Below are positions 1 through 62,843 of a DNA stretch of 64,000 nucleotides, piece after piece. Numbering within the stretch: the stretch's first letter is position 1; each line of letters begins with the position of its first letter. Below the pieces are notes generated by a model. That model was not told where the DNA came from. It did not search any database and was given only the letters and a program-made list of their open reading frames with translations. Both the position numbers and the translations under genes were made by a program. This DNA is from Podarcis gaigeae (lineage: Eukaryota), in assembly GCA_964106915.2 (NCBI GenBank), contig OZ066914.1; one strand, 5' to 3'.

Positions 1-659
1 AAAGAAACTGCGCACCAGCCAGACTTGAGGTAGCAGAATGGGCTCTTGTTCGCTGCGATGGGTAACAAATAGGAACCGTGATAGAACTGCGGGCAGGGCG
101 GTGGAAGAAGGAAATTTTCTGTCTGGGCACTACCTCTTCTCTGTTGTCCTCCTTGCATACCTTCTCTCACTGGAGGCTGGTGCATCAGGGCGAGTGCCAC
201 TGTCCTATCTACCTCTGTCTGCCCTCAGCCCACTGGACTGGCCTGCATTCTTGCAACCAAGTCCAGAAGGGTGGCCCTAGGTGTTGGCGTCTTCCTCCTT
301 AGTAACATGTTGCCCATGTAGACTTAAGCAGGTAGCAGGATGGGCACAAAACTAGAGTTTGTTGGCAATGGCTGCCATTGGGTCTGCTTATCGTTGACTC
401 TGGCTCCTACTACTGTTGGCTTCCTCCTGCCCTACCAGTCTGAACGGGGTCCAGCCACCATCGCCTTGCAGAGAGACCTAGGAGAAGACATGGGAGCTCC
501 TTGTGGTGGAACCCAGAGGGTTTCTCCTTCTGCCAGTCCATTCTGCCCAGGAACTCTCTGGCTTGGGTGGCAAGCAAAAAAATGGAAAGAGACAGACAGA
601 TGGAGTACTGCAGGGCGGAAAAGGGGAAGTGTTTTTGATTAGGTCTAAATGCTTTCCAA

Positions 660-1019
660 GGGGACGCAGGTGGCGCTGTGGGTTAAAGCCTCAGCACCTA
701 GGACTTGCCGATCGAAAGGTCGGCGGTTCGAATCCCCGCGGTGGGGTGCGCTCCCGCTGCTCGGTCCCAGCGCCTGCCAACCTAGCAGTTCGAAAGCACC
801 TCCGGGTGCAAGTAGATAAATAGGGACCGCTCACCAGCGGGAAGGTAAACGGCGTTTCCGTGTGCGGCTCTGGCTCGCCAGAGCAGCGATGTCACGCTGG
901 CCACGTGACCCGGAAGTGTCTTCGGACAGCGCTGGCCCCTGGCCTCTTGAGTGAGATGGGCGCACAACCCCAGAGTCTGTCAAGACTGGCCCGTACGGGC
1001 AGGGGTACCTTTACCTTTT
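660..1019 (+). mobile_element. Full-length Sauria-type tRNA-derived SINE
   Basis: Pol III A/B boxes (TGGCGCTGTGG, GGTTCGAATCC), (ACCTTT)n tail, perfect 14-bp TSD TAAATGCTTTCCAA at 646-659 and 1020-1033. Confidence 0.9.
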
Positions 1020-1222
1020 TAAATGCTTTCCAACTGAAGTCTTCCCCAAGGGCATAAGCGCACGAAGAATCTGACATATAACATCTACCACTGATTAGTT
1101 TCGTTGGGTGACCAAGGTTCTGGTACTGAGAGGTAGAAAATGCTCTCCTTCACACTACGTTTAACATGTTCCTCTGTCCTCCATTTTCTAAGCCTCTAGC
1201 TGATTTAGATTATCCTCATACG

Positions 1223-1405
1223 CAGTGCTTCCCCCCCCCCCAAAAAATAATAATGTTTAGGGGTACTGCCATTTTGACTCAAGAAAATCACCATTTTATA
1301 GTTCAAATCAGGGGAAATAAATACAGTAAATGGACAAAAGTACAAAGAATCACAAAATGTTTAGGGGTATGCTTCCCCCTGCATCCCCCCAGAAGAAAAA
1401 CGCTG
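1223..1405. mobile_element. Non-autonomous hAT-like MITE
   Basis: Termini CAGTGC...CGCTG, perfect 8-bp TSD CTCATACG; related copy at 24712-24858. Confidence 0.8.
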
Positions 1406-1720
1406 CTCATACGGAAGGTGCTCTATTTTATTTATCTATTTACTTTCACACGCATGCAAAACTCACCCTCTTCCCATCATGGAACCCAAGGCAAGATGTA
1501 CCAGGTTCCCAGTGTGGTCATCCATCCACACAGTGACCCAAACATGCTTGGCTTCAACAAAATGGCAGGCCTTCAGACCATACCCTGGGACACTCCCTGG
1601 CAACTTAGACATGGTGATTTATGCAAAAGGTCCTAGGTTCCGTCCTCAGCATATCAATGTAGGGCTGGGGGAAAGGATCGCACCTGAAATCCTAGAGAGC
1701 TGATGCCGATAGGTGTAGCC

Positions 1721-1963
1721 CAGGGGTCAGCAAACTTTTTCAGCAGGGGTCCAATCCACTGTCCCTCAGACCTTGTGGGGGGCCGGACTATATTTTGGAA
1801 AAAAATATGAATGAATTCCTATGCCCCACAAATAACCCAGAGATGCATTTGAAATAAAAGCACATGAATGTAAAAACATGCTGATTCCCGGACCATCCTT
1901 GGGCCGGATTGAGAAGGCAATTGGGCCGGATCTGGCCCCTGGGCCTTAGTTTGCCTACCCATG
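1721..1963. mobile_element. Non-autonomous hAT-like element
   Basis: Imperfect TIR CAGGGGTCAGCAAACT...AGTTTGCCTACCCATG; 8-bp TSD GTGTAGCC/GTGTAGAC; second copy at 7745-7993. Confidence 0.8.
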
Positions 1964-3950
1964 GTGTAGACCTATTGAGCCAGACAGACCAATAGCCCGA
2001 CTTGGGTAAAAGCAGCTTCCTGCATTCATTGTTTCTGTTGCCCTGTTCTAGCTCTGTTCACCTGCAATCTTACTATGAGGAAGCACCCAAGTCCCACATA
2101 GTTTAATGCTTTAGTTTTGTGGAGATTGCGTGGCTGGGAATGTCTCACTAATGTTTCCTTCCAATTCTGCAGTGATGCTGAAATGAATCACCTGACTACC
2201 TTGGGTACTTTTCTGCTCTCTCTCTCTCTCTCTCTGCTGGGTATAAATGGATTTTCACAGTTTCTCAAGTAACCATGTCTTAAAATGGCACCAGTGAAAT
2301 AAAACATACATTGGGAAAGAAGAAAGCTGTCACTCAAGGGTTGTTGTTTGCTTGTTTGTCCCCTCTTAAACTAAAGACTCGTCCACAATTTCTTTTGTTC
2401 CGTGAGTTCTAGTCAAGGGTCTGAGAGACCTTTGTTCCCCCCCCAGAACAGCCACCGTTCACTACTGAATCGGAACAAATGCCGATCGGGTTTTGTGTGA
2501 ATTGACATTTGTTCCAATTCAGCAGTAAACAGTGGGTTTTCCTGGTGAAAATGCAGGACAAAAGAAAAGCTTCTCTAGACCCTGTGACTAAAAAGCACCA
2601 ATGAAAGCGTGGATGAGTTAACAGATCTATGTCCTCCAATGTTAATGTTACTTTGTCATGATGCAGGGATTCAAATGAGGCATTTTGTCCCCGGGTTGGC
2701 ATGCAGGCGTCCAGAAGACAATGGGTCAACAGCCCCCACACAGCCTAGGAGAGGGTTACGTGGTCCAAACTGCAGAGGCAGGCAGCACCCCAAGCCTCTT
2801 CCTAAAGTTTCTCTCCCTTCCACACCTAGGAAGATCAGCTTATCAACTTTCTCCTTCCCTGATTTCCACAGATTATTCTCAGCGGTTTTTATCTGATTCT
2901 CCCTGCCTGTTTTTCTTCCTTCTGCAAGTTCTTTGTTGTCGTTTGAAGCCTTCCTCAGTTCTTTCATTCCCCTCTGTTCTCTGTTCCCCTCCAATGGTGC
3001 CATAGGTGTGTTTTGAGCTGACAAAACAATCAAAGCTAAAAAGTGTCCATGTGCAAAATTTGGCAACTGGAATGGTGATGTGGCACCATGGTCAACCTGC
3101 CTTCAATGTCTTTCAAGGGCTCTTGCTTATTTGGTGAGGAGGACTTGGAAGCCTTTTTTGCGGCACCAAGGGCAAGAAACAAGTGATTCCTCCTCTCATA
3201 AGAGGGATGCTGAAGAGCAACAGGGCTTAGTGAGCTGGGAAGAGTCTATGGCAGAGAGAGGTCTAGAATCAGAGGCAGAAGTTGAAGCAGGAGGGGGTGG
3301 GGAAAGGCAAGGTAAGTCAAGAGGCAAAGATAAGTTAGACTGGTGAAGAGCAGTGGGTTGTAAAAAGCTCCCCTCCCTGCTTGTTTCACAGAACCAGAAG
3401 AGGCATGAAAAGGGTGGAGGAGAGATTGGTGATGCGCACACACACACAGTCTCCAAATGCTTGGAAGAAACCCTGGAGAGCTGGGGACCTTCAGTCTCAA
3501 CAACTGCATCACGGGGGCAAGACCTATTGAGGAGGAGTTGCCACGCACATTAGGCCTGACAAATTGTGTTTTTGCTGATAAAGAGTTAACTCCACTTGCA
3601 CAGTGTGATTTACTGCTGGCTTGCTCCTGACACAAGCCGTCCCACCTACATCACCAAATTGTTTTAAGAAATCCAAAATGGCAGAGAAAAATGCTTAATT
3701 TTTTAATATTATTTTTCCAACTCAGAACTGAAATAAAAGCTAAACCCCACCCTTCTCCAAGCCCACTTCCCCCCTTTCCCTTCCTGATCTTTTTCTTTTT
3801 CGGCCTTTAACTACAAATCCCACCATGCAGTTCAGCTACCACAATGCAACACCATCCCTACCTATAGAAAGTTTGAGGTCAGGTGCAAGTAGTTAAGGTT
3901 ATAATTATGGGTGGTGACTGGTGAGACCACAGAAGGTTGCTGGAGACAAG

Positions 3951-6900
3951 ATGACATCAGTGGAAGAAAAGAAGCGGAAGAGGAGGAAGAGGAGAAAAAT
4001 ATACCAAAGTGGGAATTTTATTGCAGGTACGAGGATGGAGGGAACTGGTATCAATACCTGTTCTGATTTTGCAGCTGTCCTAATTCACTTGAGCTAAACA
4101 TTAGTCCCCATAAGGTCAACAGCTTGTTGCAAGTAATGTGTAGCTATTTGGGTTACACAGCTGTAATCCTTTGCATTTGGAGTATCTCATATGGAATTTG
4201 ATGGGCATAGGCCTAGGATCAGACAGTAACTATTTTTTCCCTTCTTCTCAGCAGTGCTAAACAGATGGAGAAAGAATCGTTAAAAAAAATAGCTCATGGT
4301 AACTTTTTTGGGGTGGAGTCTTTTGATAGCATTGCCAGTTTGTATAGAACCAAATGGAAAAGGATGCATTTTGGAAAGCCAGCCTCACATGGCATATTGG
4401 TACAACAAATAAGACAGAGCTCAAATTTTGCTCTGTGTGCTGCTCCACAGTAAAAAAATACAAATAAAAATAGTTTGTGTGAATTTTACCTTCTGTGTGT
4501 TCAGTTCAGCCTCTGTGTCAAAGAGCAGTGATCCTTAAATCTGTTTTCTTTTTAAAAACGTGATGGCCCTTTACCATTAAGGTCCCAGGGTCAGTTACAA
4601 CAATAAACTATAGAGTTCTAAAACAAATATATCAGGACCATAAAGCAAGAAACACGTAAAAACAGATCCACTTATGGAAACAGCTGAAAATGTTTCTAAT
4701 ACAAACCTTTCAGGCGATGTTCCATACCACATTTGCTTAAATTCGTGTCAGGAGATTGATAAAGAGAAGGGAGGCCAAACACAGCCGCTCACTGGTTTAA
4801 GAGCTGATTTCTCCCCCTAACCAAACACTTTCCCCTTCTTCTGTAGTAGATTCATGTGATCGTCTGAATCCAGGGGGGAAACCTGATTATATAGAGCGAT
4901 TAGCTCAGAAGTACATGGTAAGATTTTCACTTTAAAATGCTGATTTGAAAACACAAAACTTAGCAAGGGGTGGCCTCACCTGGCCTAGGGATGGCTTTGA
5001 TTGCACTGGTAAACCCTGCTGAGCCTTGTGACTGGGATGAAGCAGCTTAATTTGAGCCACCTGTGAAATGTGAGGTGGAAACGGCTGCAGGTGACGAGGC
5101 AAGACCCCAAGAGCTGCTTGAGGTAACATGGAACCCTCTCACCAGGCTTGAGGTAACATGAAATCCTCTTCACCAGGTGAAGTTGTGCTTCCCTCTTAAT
5201 CTTTGACAAAGTTTAAAAATTTGCTTGGGCCTGTGCATGCTCCATTTATTTATTTCTACACCAGTTTTACACCTGAGCTCCAAGTGACATATATGGTTCT
5301 GACCTCCCACTTCCCATTTTGTCCCCCTGAGGCGGGTTGGGCTGAGAGACAGTGGCCTAGCCCAGGGGGGTCACCCAGTGAGTTTTATGGCCAAGCTGGG
5401 ATTTGAACCCTTGTCTCGCAAATCCTAGGCTGTGCACACGTTACTGGTTTAAAATGCAAACTCTTTCTCCATTTGGATTGAAGGTGGTTTGGGGGAAAAC
5501 ACATCAAAACATGCTATTTCATTTTTTTAAAAATGACAAGATAGGTGTAGGATGTGGATTGCGTACACTTCTTCACAAAACAGCAGCAGGCAGGGCCTAG
5601 ATGTAAACAAGAGGGTGTACAAACCCATAGGCTGTGTTCAGACGTGAGGATTATTGCGTTAGTTTTCCTAGTCATAGTCCCAATTTATTACATTCCTTTT
5701 ACACTTCCTTTTACATTGCCTGTCGCATTATGGAATGCAGGCTTTTTGTTTGAAATGTTTGAAATGTTGCGCTAAAATTCATTCGTGCCAGTGTCTGTGG
5801 CGTGGCACTTTGATGGCCATTGCTGGCACACACATGCTTCTTTCCACCCATGAAAATGGCGGGAAGGAGAGACTTGCCTGCGAGAAGTCTATGAGCTGAC
5901 AGGAGCATAACTGCACTTGGCCCACCTGCGATTCCCAGCTGCTGGTAGCCATCATAGTAGGTCTGCAACTCATCTGAAACCTGGGAGAGCCACTGCCAAT
6001 CTGTGTGGGCAGAACAGAGTTAGATGGGCCGATGGTATAAGGCAGCTTCCTTGTGTTTCCTAAATTTTCCTGAAGAATAATTGCATCATCATCTTTGGTG
6101 ACCACTTGTAGGCCGAGTAAGATTGTCTTCCATGAACACAGTCTTAACAGTGAGTCTAAGTGACACTGGAGGCCAGTTTGGGATCCACACATCCTTCCAC
6201 AGTGGGAACATAGGTTTCCGGGTGGGAGTTGATCATGGTGAGGGTTTGCCAAGCGTGCCTTCCTCTTAGCACGTTTCTCCCTTTCATCCTGTGTTTGAGT
6301 GTCTTCAAAGCCCATGGCACCTTTGGCAAAGGCTGTTCTCCAACTGGAACACTTGCAGGCCAGTTTCCCCCCAGTTATCAGAGCTTATACTACATTTTTT
6401 TTTAAGATTTGCCTTTGAGAGCATCTTTAAACCTCTTTTGTTGTCCACCGGTATTTCGGTATTGCATCATGCATGAGTAGGAACTGTGGAACAACAGTTG
6501 CTCCAAATGGCAAACTACTCTGCCTGTTGGTTTAAATCTGGGCAAAGTGAATAGTTTTCAGGTGTTGAATGGGAAACTTGAGGAAGGATGTTTAGTGTGC
6601 TTGGCAGTGGGAAGCTTTTTGGAAGCTAAGGTTGCGGGCAGCAGGACTGAAGTGTTTTAAGAATATTAAACGAAATCCCCTTGTATTCACCAGCTGTTCT
6701 CTTTCACAGCAAAAGTGTACTGTTGAGTACAGCAGTGAATCTGAATCAGATACCGACATTGAGGTAATATATAGATACAAAGTTTTATCCATCCAAAAGC
6801 TATACAGTGGTACCTCGGGTTACAGACGCTTCAGATTACAGACTCAGAATTAATTACCTTGGATTAAGAACTTTGCTTCAGGATGAGAACAGAAATCGCG

Positions 6901-9900
6901 CAGCGGTGGTGTGGCAGCAGCGGGAGGCCCCATTAGCTAAAGTGGTGCTTCAGGTTAAGAACAGTTTCAGGTTAAGAACGGGCCTCCAGAACGAATTACC
7001 GTAAGTACTTAACCCGAGGTACCACTGTGTAAATTTAATTGCAACACAATCCCAACCATTTCTAGTCAGATTTAAGTCCTATTGAATTCAATTTACTCCC
7101 AAGTAAGGCTTTCCCTTTGAAAGCCTTGTGTGGTGATGAAGTGGTTCCAGTAAATTTAGAGTGTGTGTGTGTGTGTGTGTAATAGGGTACACCCTATTAT
7201 ATATATATATATTTAATAGAAGTTGCTCAACACTTTTAACACTTAAAGATGTAGCATGTTGTTAGGAGAATAGCACCCTGTAGGGTCGTGGGCATTCAAC
7301 AAAGCCCAACTTGGAGTTGAATGCATTGAAATTAATGGGTGTAAGTTAACCATGTCCATTCATTTCAATGGGTCTACTCTCAATAGGACTAGCACTTCAA
7401 AGAAGGTAGATGGTGCACATGCAGGCACGCAAAGACACCTTATGGAAAGCAACTGATAAGTGGTTATCTTAAAAGGGCAGTTCCACGAGGCTATTTAATT
7501 ACATTTTGCCTTTGGGCTCCAGAAAGTGAAGCTTTTAGCCAAGCGTTTTGTATCTCCGGGTTGCTGCACGGTGCATTTGGTTGTGTATTTAGATTGGCTA
7601 GCACTTATCTTCAAGGTTGCCGCTGGCCAATACATGTACAGTATAGCGGAAAAGCAAATACAGTAAGGTAAAGGTAAAGGTACCCCTGCCCAAGCAAATA
7701 CAGTACTAAGCAGCAAAGGTCTCCCTTGAAAGCAGAGCACAGTCCAGGGGTCAGCAAACTTTTTCAGCAGGGGGCCGGTCCACTGTCCCTCAGACCTTGT
7801 GGTGGGCCCGACTATATTTTTTGGGGGGAAATTAATGAATTCCTATGCCTCACAAAAGACGAAGAGATGCATTTTAAATAAAAGCACACATTCTACTCAT
7901 GTAAAAACGCACTATTCCCAGACTATCCGCGGGCCGGATTGAGAAGGCAACTGGGCCGAATCTGGCCCCTGGGCCTTAGTTTGCCTACCCATGGAATACA
8001 GAATTGGAGACAAGAGCCTGAATCCATCTCAGGCTGCTACAGTTTGTGGAAGGGTCTTTTATGGCGTCTGCTTGTTGCATTGGGCTGCTTGTTGGACATA
8101 GTCTGCCCTGCACTGAATTTGAATGCAATAAGGGATTTGGTTCTTTCAGCTAGCAATGCCATTGTAGTAGAGTATTTTATTGAATTGTTGGCTACGAAAC
8201 ATCTCATAATGATTTGCAGCATACATAAAACAACTTTGTATCCAATGCAGATACAGGTGGAATCTAGACACATATGAAAAAATGCTGTGAAAATGCTTTT
8301 TAAAAAGTTTTAAAATATATATTGAATTTGCAGTTAGCTCTAGTGTCACTTTGGATAATGCACTTAAAACATATTTGCAGCTGTATAGTTGAGCACAGAC
8401 AGGGATACAAATCTGCACTTTAAAGGGCTTGTTGGAAAAAGGAGGTATTCAGAGTACCTTAAGAGGTCAAAATCGCTAGCTAAAGAATGCGAAAGTAGAG
8501 AATGTGTACCTTAATGGTACCTTAACACCCTTGCATCTGCACTAGAGATAAGGCGCACTTGCGCCCCATGCCTAGATTTACCCCCATTCTAGATGGCAAG
8601 GGGAAGTGCAGACAAGTGCTGAAGAATGGCAACTCTTGCATCTTACAGAAACATTTTGAAAACACACTCCCAAATTGTAAAACGGGGGCAATTACTTTGC
8701 TAAGGGCAGCTAGCTAAAACTCTAAACTGTTCCTGGTATATAGGGACAGTTGGGAGCACATGCACACAGTGAACCTGCATAGTTTGAATGTGCTAAGCTT
8801 TGAGCAGTCAGGCTTTAACCACGTGCTATATACACATCAGAAAGTGTCTTATCCAAAACAGGTGCCGCCCAAGAGTGCGCTTTTGGCAGGATCCCGGGAG
8901 AGAACGAAACTTCAAGTAAGTTTTGAATATCTATTCTCTGCCCTCCGATGGAATTTTGCTTTGCCAGCTTTGGCACCACTCCACTTTTATGAATACCTCT
9001 GCAGAATGTGTTTTCAAACAAAAATGCATTCAACAGGTGCCTGTATTATATTGTATTATTAAAGTGGGATACTTTCTTGCTTCCACTGTTAGGCTTAGAT
9101 CAGGGTGGAATTTTTCCAAAGTTATCCGAGGTTGACTATTTAGTAGTAGTTTGTTGTCTGATTAATGCATCAGATTAATGCAACAGTTCTTTAAATCATT
9201 TACACGCAATGCTAAGCCACTAAGTGTGAATGTTTTAACCAGTTTGTTTAAAAAACCACAAGTTATCTCACAGGCTAGCAAATGAGCCACAGCTTAGTTT
9301 TCCAAAGCTGGGTTTCCAGCTGCCCTTGCCCCGTGACTCTGTAGCATCAGGGTAGGGTGGCCAAACAAATCATGGTTAAACAAGACTGAGCACAAAAGTC
9401 CTTGCATTGGCAGCACTTTTCAGTTGGATATTGGTGCCACATATTGGGTTGTTTTAAGAAACCATTGTTAGTATTCTGAGCTGGTTTCACATGTTGAAAC
9501 AAGCCACCTTAGCGTGGGCTAAACAAACCACAGCTTAAGTGTTATGTGCAAATCCTGTCTAGTTTCAGGGACTCTTTCCCGAAAGTTGGCTGCTGAGAAG
9601 GAACTTTCTCTCTTGTTAAGTGAAGTCTTTTGCTGTGTCTGTTGCTTTAGTTCATGGATCCTTATGATGGTGATGATGAAGGCAACTCCAACAGTAGTTT
9701 GGGCTCCCTTGAGTTGAGTAGGGTGATCTTTCTGAAGCATCTGAGCACAGAAGACAGTGTTCTTTCAGAAGGCCCAGAACCCCTCTCTGCCTTTGCACCC
9801 ATGGAAAGCCCTCTAATTGTAACTCATGAGGATGAACCTCAACTGAATGAAGCAGCTGAAGTATTGCAGATGATCACAGAACCTTCCTGGTTTCCTGGGC

Positions 9901-10076
9901 CAGGTCATTCAAAGCATGCTGTTCTCTCTAAAAAACCACCTTGTGATTTTGTGCTACACCCGATGTTGGCCGATTGTGATAATCTGCGTGAAATTCTTAA
10001 GGTCAAGAGGAAGCAAGGGAGGGCTGTCCTAGACAGTGCTGGAGAAACGCCAAGGAAAAAATTGCGGATGACTTGA
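3951..10076 (+). CDS. Uncharacterised ~225-aa protein, predicted 5 coding exons: 3951-4026, 4850-4917 (or 4847), 6710-6763, 8862-8915, 9651-10076
   Basis: Phase-compatible GT/AG exons (1,0,0,0) give MTSVEEKKRKRRKRRKIYQSGNFIAD-SCDRLNPGGKPDYIERLAQKYM-QKCTVEYSSESESDTDIE-VPPKSALLAGSRERTKLQ-FMDPYDGDDEG...PRKKLRMT*. AATAAA at 10138-10143. Exon 8862-8915 is the least certain. Confidence 0.7.
5116..5176. repeat. ~30-bp imperfect tandem duplication
   Basis: GCTTGAGGTAACATG...CACCAG x2. Confidence 0.8.
6085..6475 (-). mobile_element. 3' fragment of an RTE-like LINE
   Basis: Minus frame EREKRAKRKAR...CSHCGRMCGSQTGLQCHL resembles the C-terminal zinc finger of RTE ORFs; (GAT)n tail. Confidence 0.6.
6805..7027. 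mobile_element. Tc1/mariner (pogo/Tigger-like) MITE
   Basis: TIR CAGTGGTACCTCGGGTTA...TAACCCGAGGTACCACTG, preceded by TA. Confidence 0.82.
7666..7691 (-). mobile_element. 26-bp 3'-end fragment of a Sauria SINE or its partner LINE
   Basis: Reverse complement GGGCAGGGGTACCTTTACCTTTACCT, flanked by the 14-bp TSD AAGCAAATACAGTA. Confidence 0.75.
7745..7993. mobile_element. Non-autonomous hAT-like element
   Basis: Colinear copy of 1721-1963. Confidence 0.8.
9651..10076 (+). CDS. Last coding exon of the uncharacterised plus-strand gene
   Basis: Acceptor tgttgctttag|TTC, 141 open codons, stop TGA, downstream AATAAA. Confidence 0.72.
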   Translation, partial: FMDPYDGDDEGNSNSSLGSLELSRVIFLKHLSTEDSVLSEGPEPLSAFAPMESPLIVTHEDEPQLNEAAEVLQMITEPSWFPGPGHSKHAVLSKKPPCDFVLHPMLADCDNLREILKVKRKQGRAVLDSAGETPRKKLRMT

Positions 10077-10137
10077 GTTTGTGTAGCCTAACTGCAATCT
10101 ACCCATGTCTGTGGGTGAAAACAATGCCTGTTGTAAA

Positions 10138-10143
10138 AATAAA
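10138..10143 (+). terminator. Candidate poly(A) signal of the plus-strand gene
   Basis: AATAAA about 60 nt after the stop codon. Confidence 0.5.
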
Positions 10144-11287
10144 TTAGGTGGAGCCCACAAGTGTGCAAGTCTTTTTAACATTTAAGCACTTCATTGTTCT
10201 TGCAAGGCCACATTACACAAAAAAGGTAATCGCAAAAGTTTTGGAAAGTTAGGAACACGTAGCGCTAAAAAGGAAGTTCATACTAGAAGATGATTTCTGT
10301 CTATCACTGAGGAAGCAGTGTTTGTGAGAACATTTTTATACTCCACGCTAAATAGTCTTCACAATAATAGTGTTATGAACTGCGGGTTATTGGGATGTCA
10401 AGGGCAAACATGGCATGATTCTGTCCTGCCTGAAAGCAGGCCATACTATACGCTGGTCATTATTTGAAGACCAAATGCTGGACTAGACAGCCTTGTTACA
10501 TCAAACTAACCATCTATGTCCTAATCCCCAACTGACTGCCTTGCTACTCCTGGCTTTTGCTAGTGTCAGTCGCCTGGTATTAAAGGCAGTTTGGAAGATA
10601 CCTAATGGCAGAGAATTTACCAAGAACAATTGTTATCCCTTTAGTGCGGAAATCTCAATAACACCATGCATTTCTTGCACCCCACTGAAGTAGCAGTATT
10701 CACCAGCCCTTGTGCCAGAAGCAGCTGATGCCCCCTTTCCCCACTTAATTGAGCTTTCTTCACCTTGCTAACTTGCTGTGTGCAATAGGCCATAGTGTTT
10801 TAAATTATTTTAGTGCAATTTTATTATTGCGAGCCTTCCTGAAGGTGGCTCACAGATTTTAGATAATGAAATAAATAGCTCTAGAAAAGTGCCCCCCAAT
10901 CTGTTACCCTCCAGTTGTTTTTGACTACAACAATTCCCAGCCATTGGTCATGCTTACAGGGGTTGATGGGAGTCCAACAAGTTGGAAGGCAAGCTTGTTC
11001 TAGAGCCTGTTTTGAAAAACTTACTGTAAAAGCTGAATTGAAGGAATAAATTTATTCCAAGCTATCAGGTTGCCAAATGGCAGACCACATTCTACAGATG
11101 GACTATATAACTCAAGCTAGCACATCAATGTGGACTCTCTCCTGCTATAGAGACTATTTCAAGATAGGACTGCAGTACACTTACTTTTTGAACCTAGCTT
11201 TCTCTCTCGTTGGTTTATGCTCATGATCTTGACAAGTGAATAAGGCACTGAAAAGCTCCCATAAAACAAGAAATCGTGCTGTAAAGT

Positions 11288-11293
11288 TTTATT
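11288..11293 (-). terminator. Candidate proximal poly(A) signal of DYNC1H1
   Basis: AATAAA on the minus strand about 300 nt after the stop codon. A second AATAAA lies at 11051-11056. Confidence 0.55.
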
Positions 11294-11588
11294 TAAGCAT
11301 CTGACATTAGTACACCAATCTAGAACAATCCACAAACAACAAATCCTTCTGACAGTCTTTCCAGGTTTCAAACATAAATCTTTCTTGGCCACCTCTATAC
11401 AGCCATCTGAAAACTTAACTATGCCTTGCAATCCAACAGTCAACATCTAAGCATGTTTCAGATACATCCATCTTACTCTCCTCTACATAACCATTTGACA
11501 ACATAACTATGCTTTGCAGTGTTAAAACAGCCTTCTAGAACTAGATTCGAGATGCAAAAATGCTTGAATGCTGGTTACAGGTTCCTTT

Positions 11589-62843
<51,255 letters not shown>

